A DNA stretch of 63,844 nucleotides, the filler included, from Octopus bimaculoides (taxonomy: Eukaryota): NCBI RefSeq assembly GCF_001194135.2. It is 8 parts of 7 records of this genome, joined end to end, with 100 filler letters (N's around TTAATTAATTAA, not from the genome) between each part and the next. Parts side by side here need not be neighbours in the genome. Positions count along the whole stretch, not along the records: positions 61,108 to 63,844 come from NC_069010.1; 7 more parts are not named here. The stretch is one strand, 5' to 3'. The notes beneath the pieces were generated by a model. It saw only the letters and a program-made list of their open reading frames with translations, was not told the DNA's origin and ran no database searches. Positions 61,590 through 63,844 of this stretch are shown here, one piece after another. Numbering within the stretch: the first letter of the stretch is position 1; the number at the start of each line of letters is the position of its first letter. A program made the position numbers and the translations under genes.

Positions 61590-61950
61590 ATCAGCATCAC
61601 CACAACCACCACCACCACAACCACTACCAGCACCACAGCCACCACACCACCAACACCACCACCACAATCATCACCATCACCACCACCACCGTTCCCACCA
61701 TCACCACTACCACAATCGCCACTGCCACCATCACCACTACCACAATCGCCACTACCACCATCACCACCACCACAATNNNNNNNNNNACTACCACCATCAC
61801 CACTACCATGATCACCACCACCACCACAATCATCACCATCACCATCACCACAACCTCCACAATCACCACCACCACCGTTCCCACAATCACCACTACCACA
61901 ATCGCCACTACCACCATCACCACCACCACAATCACCACCACCACCATCTG
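61590..61950. repeat. Intronic (CAC/CAT)n degenerate repeat with higher-order duplication
   Basis: Directly visible; gives rise to His-rich and Val-rich spurious ORFs. Confidence 0.85.
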
Positions 61951-62109
61951 ATTGGTAAGCAAACTTCTCAATGACACAGCCACACTTGTGCCTATACTAT
62001 TACATCACCAACACTACCCTACTACAACAACTACTGCCACACCACTCACCACCCTATCTAATTAATATGCATATTTTTTAATTAAAAAAAATTTTTTTTT
62101 TTTTCTCAG

Positions 62110-62305
62110 AAATTGAAAAGTGGTAAAGTCCGCAAGAACAAAGTGACAGTCAGCCCTAGCCCAGCTGGAGCAGCAAGTGCGTCATCGTCGTCATTGCGCA
62201 GTTCGAAATACGGTTCTGACAGCGAGATAAGCGACCCCGATGTCGGTGTACCAAATTACAAGAACTCGTTTGGCGCTTCCCTGGATAATCTTGGACATAA
62301 TGATG
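62110..62305 (+). CDS. Coding exon of the unidentified plus-strand gene (Ser-rich, probably disordered)
   Basis: Long poly-T tract then CTCAG|; 196-nt open frame KLKSGKVRKNK...YGSDSEISDPDVGVPNYKNSFGASLDNLGHND; G|GTACGT donor; higher GC than its flanks. Confidence 0.8.
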
Positions 62306-62479
62306 GTACGTAGATGTGTTGTGGTACGATGTGTGGTAGCCTTTGAAAGGCCCCCGTGCCCCACAGCGGAAGTATTGAGGCTGGTCCCCATGCCCCCTCC
62401 CCAATGGTAAGGATTGGCTCAGAAGAATCCTGTGCACATGCGACTTAAAAAGCACTCATGCCAGTGTCATGTATAAATG

Positions 62480-63240
62480 ACTGTGCCATGCCATGTAAAA
62501 GCACATGTGGTGCCATGTAAAAGCACATGTGGTGCCATGTAAAAGTGCCCGGTGCAGCGACATGTGAAAGCACCCATGTGGCACTGTTTGAAAGCAGTTA
62601 TGCAGCGCCACATGAAAGTGCCGGTGCAGTGCCATGTGAAAGCACCCTCGTGGTGCCACATGAAAGTGCCTGTGTAGCAAAGTGTGCCACATGAAAGTGC
62701 CTGCGTGGCAAAGTGTGCCACATGAAAGTGCCTGTGTGGCAAAGTGTGCCACATGAAAGTGCCTGTGTGGCAAAGTGTTCCACATGAAAGTGCCTGTGTG
62801 GAAGAGTGTGAAAGCACCCGTGCAACATGTCNNNNNNNNNNNNNNNNNNNNNNNNNNNNNNNNNNNNNNNNNNNNNNNNNNNNNNNNNNNNNNNNNNNNN
62901 NNNNNNNNNNNNNNNNNNNNNNNNNNNNNNNNNNNNNNNNNNNNNNNNNNNNNNNNNNNNNNNNNNNNNNNNNNNNNNNNNNNNNNNNNNNNNNNNNNNN
63001 NNNNNNNNNNNNNNNNNNNNNNNNNNNNNNNNNNNNNNNNNNNNNNNNNNNNNNNNNNNNNNNNNNNNNNNNNNNNNNNNNNNNNNAGCAAAGTGTGCCA
63101 CATGAAAGTGCCTGCGTGGCAAAGTGTGCCACATGAAAGTGCCTGTGTGGCAAAGTGTGCCACATGAAAGTGCCTGTGTGGCAAAGTGTTCCACATGAAA
63201 GTGCCTGTGTGGAAGAGTGTGAAAGCACCCGTGCAACATG
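62480..63240. repeat. 31-bp minisatellite (CAAAGTGTGCCACATGAAAGTGCCTGTGTGG) with degenerate edge units
   Basis: Period of 31 visible at 62711 and 62742; spans a gap. Confidence 0.9.
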
Positions 63241-63545
63241 TCAACTGGGTAGCGCTAATCGACGGCTCACCGTCATTAAATTACGGGATGGGAGCACTAC
63301 ACATTGACATGTATATTGTCTCGACTGTCACACCGTACACAATGGTCCACAGCATATTACAGCATGCAGTATATACGTTGTCGTCGCGTATTCTTTCGCA
63401 GCGTGTTCAGGACCCTACAGCAGAAGGATTCCTGTTATGCACCAGTTTTCCCGTCGGATGAAGCCATAATGTTATTTTGTTCTTTCTCATAAAGTTTTCT
63501 TGGCAGAGATATGGCTAACACCAGGGTATTTGTACTACTACTACT

Positions 63546-63844
63546 GTGGAGGCGCAATGGCCCAGTGGCTAAGGCAGTGGAATCGCGGTTTCGATTCCCA
63601 GACCGGGCGTTGTGAGTGTTTATTGAGCGAAAACACATAAAAGCTCCACGAGGCTCCGGCAGGGGATGGTGGCGAACCCTGCTGTACTCTTCCACCACAA
63701 CTTTCTCTCACTCTTACTTCCTGTTTCTGCTTTGTGCCTGTAATTCAAAGGGGGTCAGCCTTGTCACACTCTGTGTCACGCTGAATCTTTCCCCCCGAGA
63801 ACTACGTTAAGGGTACACGTGTCTGTGGAGTGCTCAGCCACTCG
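63546..63844 (+). mobile_element. SINE family A (cut by window end)
   Basis: Aligns to 1733-2030. Confidence 0.9.

Noticed and set aside
61561-61974. His-rich 137-aa ORF (and poly-Val antisense ORF)
   Set aside because: Translation of a CAC/CAT repeat lying between a donor (61525) and an acceptor (62109), so it is intronic.
62456-63244. His/Cys-rich repetitive ORFs resembling metal-binding proteins
   Set aside because: The period of 31 is not a multiple of 3 and several frames are open, so it is a non-coding minisatellite.

Overview
AT-rich, repeat-dense eukaryotic DNA with many N gaps. The SINE, RTE and microsatellite content points to a coleoid cephalopod, probably Octopus (inference). 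Most long ORFs in the supplied track are artefacts of microsatellites or gaps. Two host genes are supported by splice signals. (1) A minus-strand gene (exons 28631-28882 and 21036-21325) encodes a 10-cysteine Ly6/uPAR three-finger protein of the quiver/sleepless type with a GPI-anchor signal; its signal-peptide exon was not found. (2) An unidentified plus-strand gene (exons 61472-61524 and 62110-62305) has two in-frame splice donors and a candidate 9-nt microexon. The rest is transposon debris: PHD-finger RTE LINEs, a BovB-like RTE, L1/Tx1, R4/Dong-like, CR1/L2 and Penelope retroelements, mariner, maT, pogo-like and Merlin DNA transposons, Helitrons, and three modular tRNA-derived SINE families (working labels A, B, C). 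Notable non-gene signals: a CpG-depleted domain (~16-30 kb) over the Ly6 gene holding most PHD-RTE fragments, templated-insertion scars, a TTAGGG array, and long inverted repeats.
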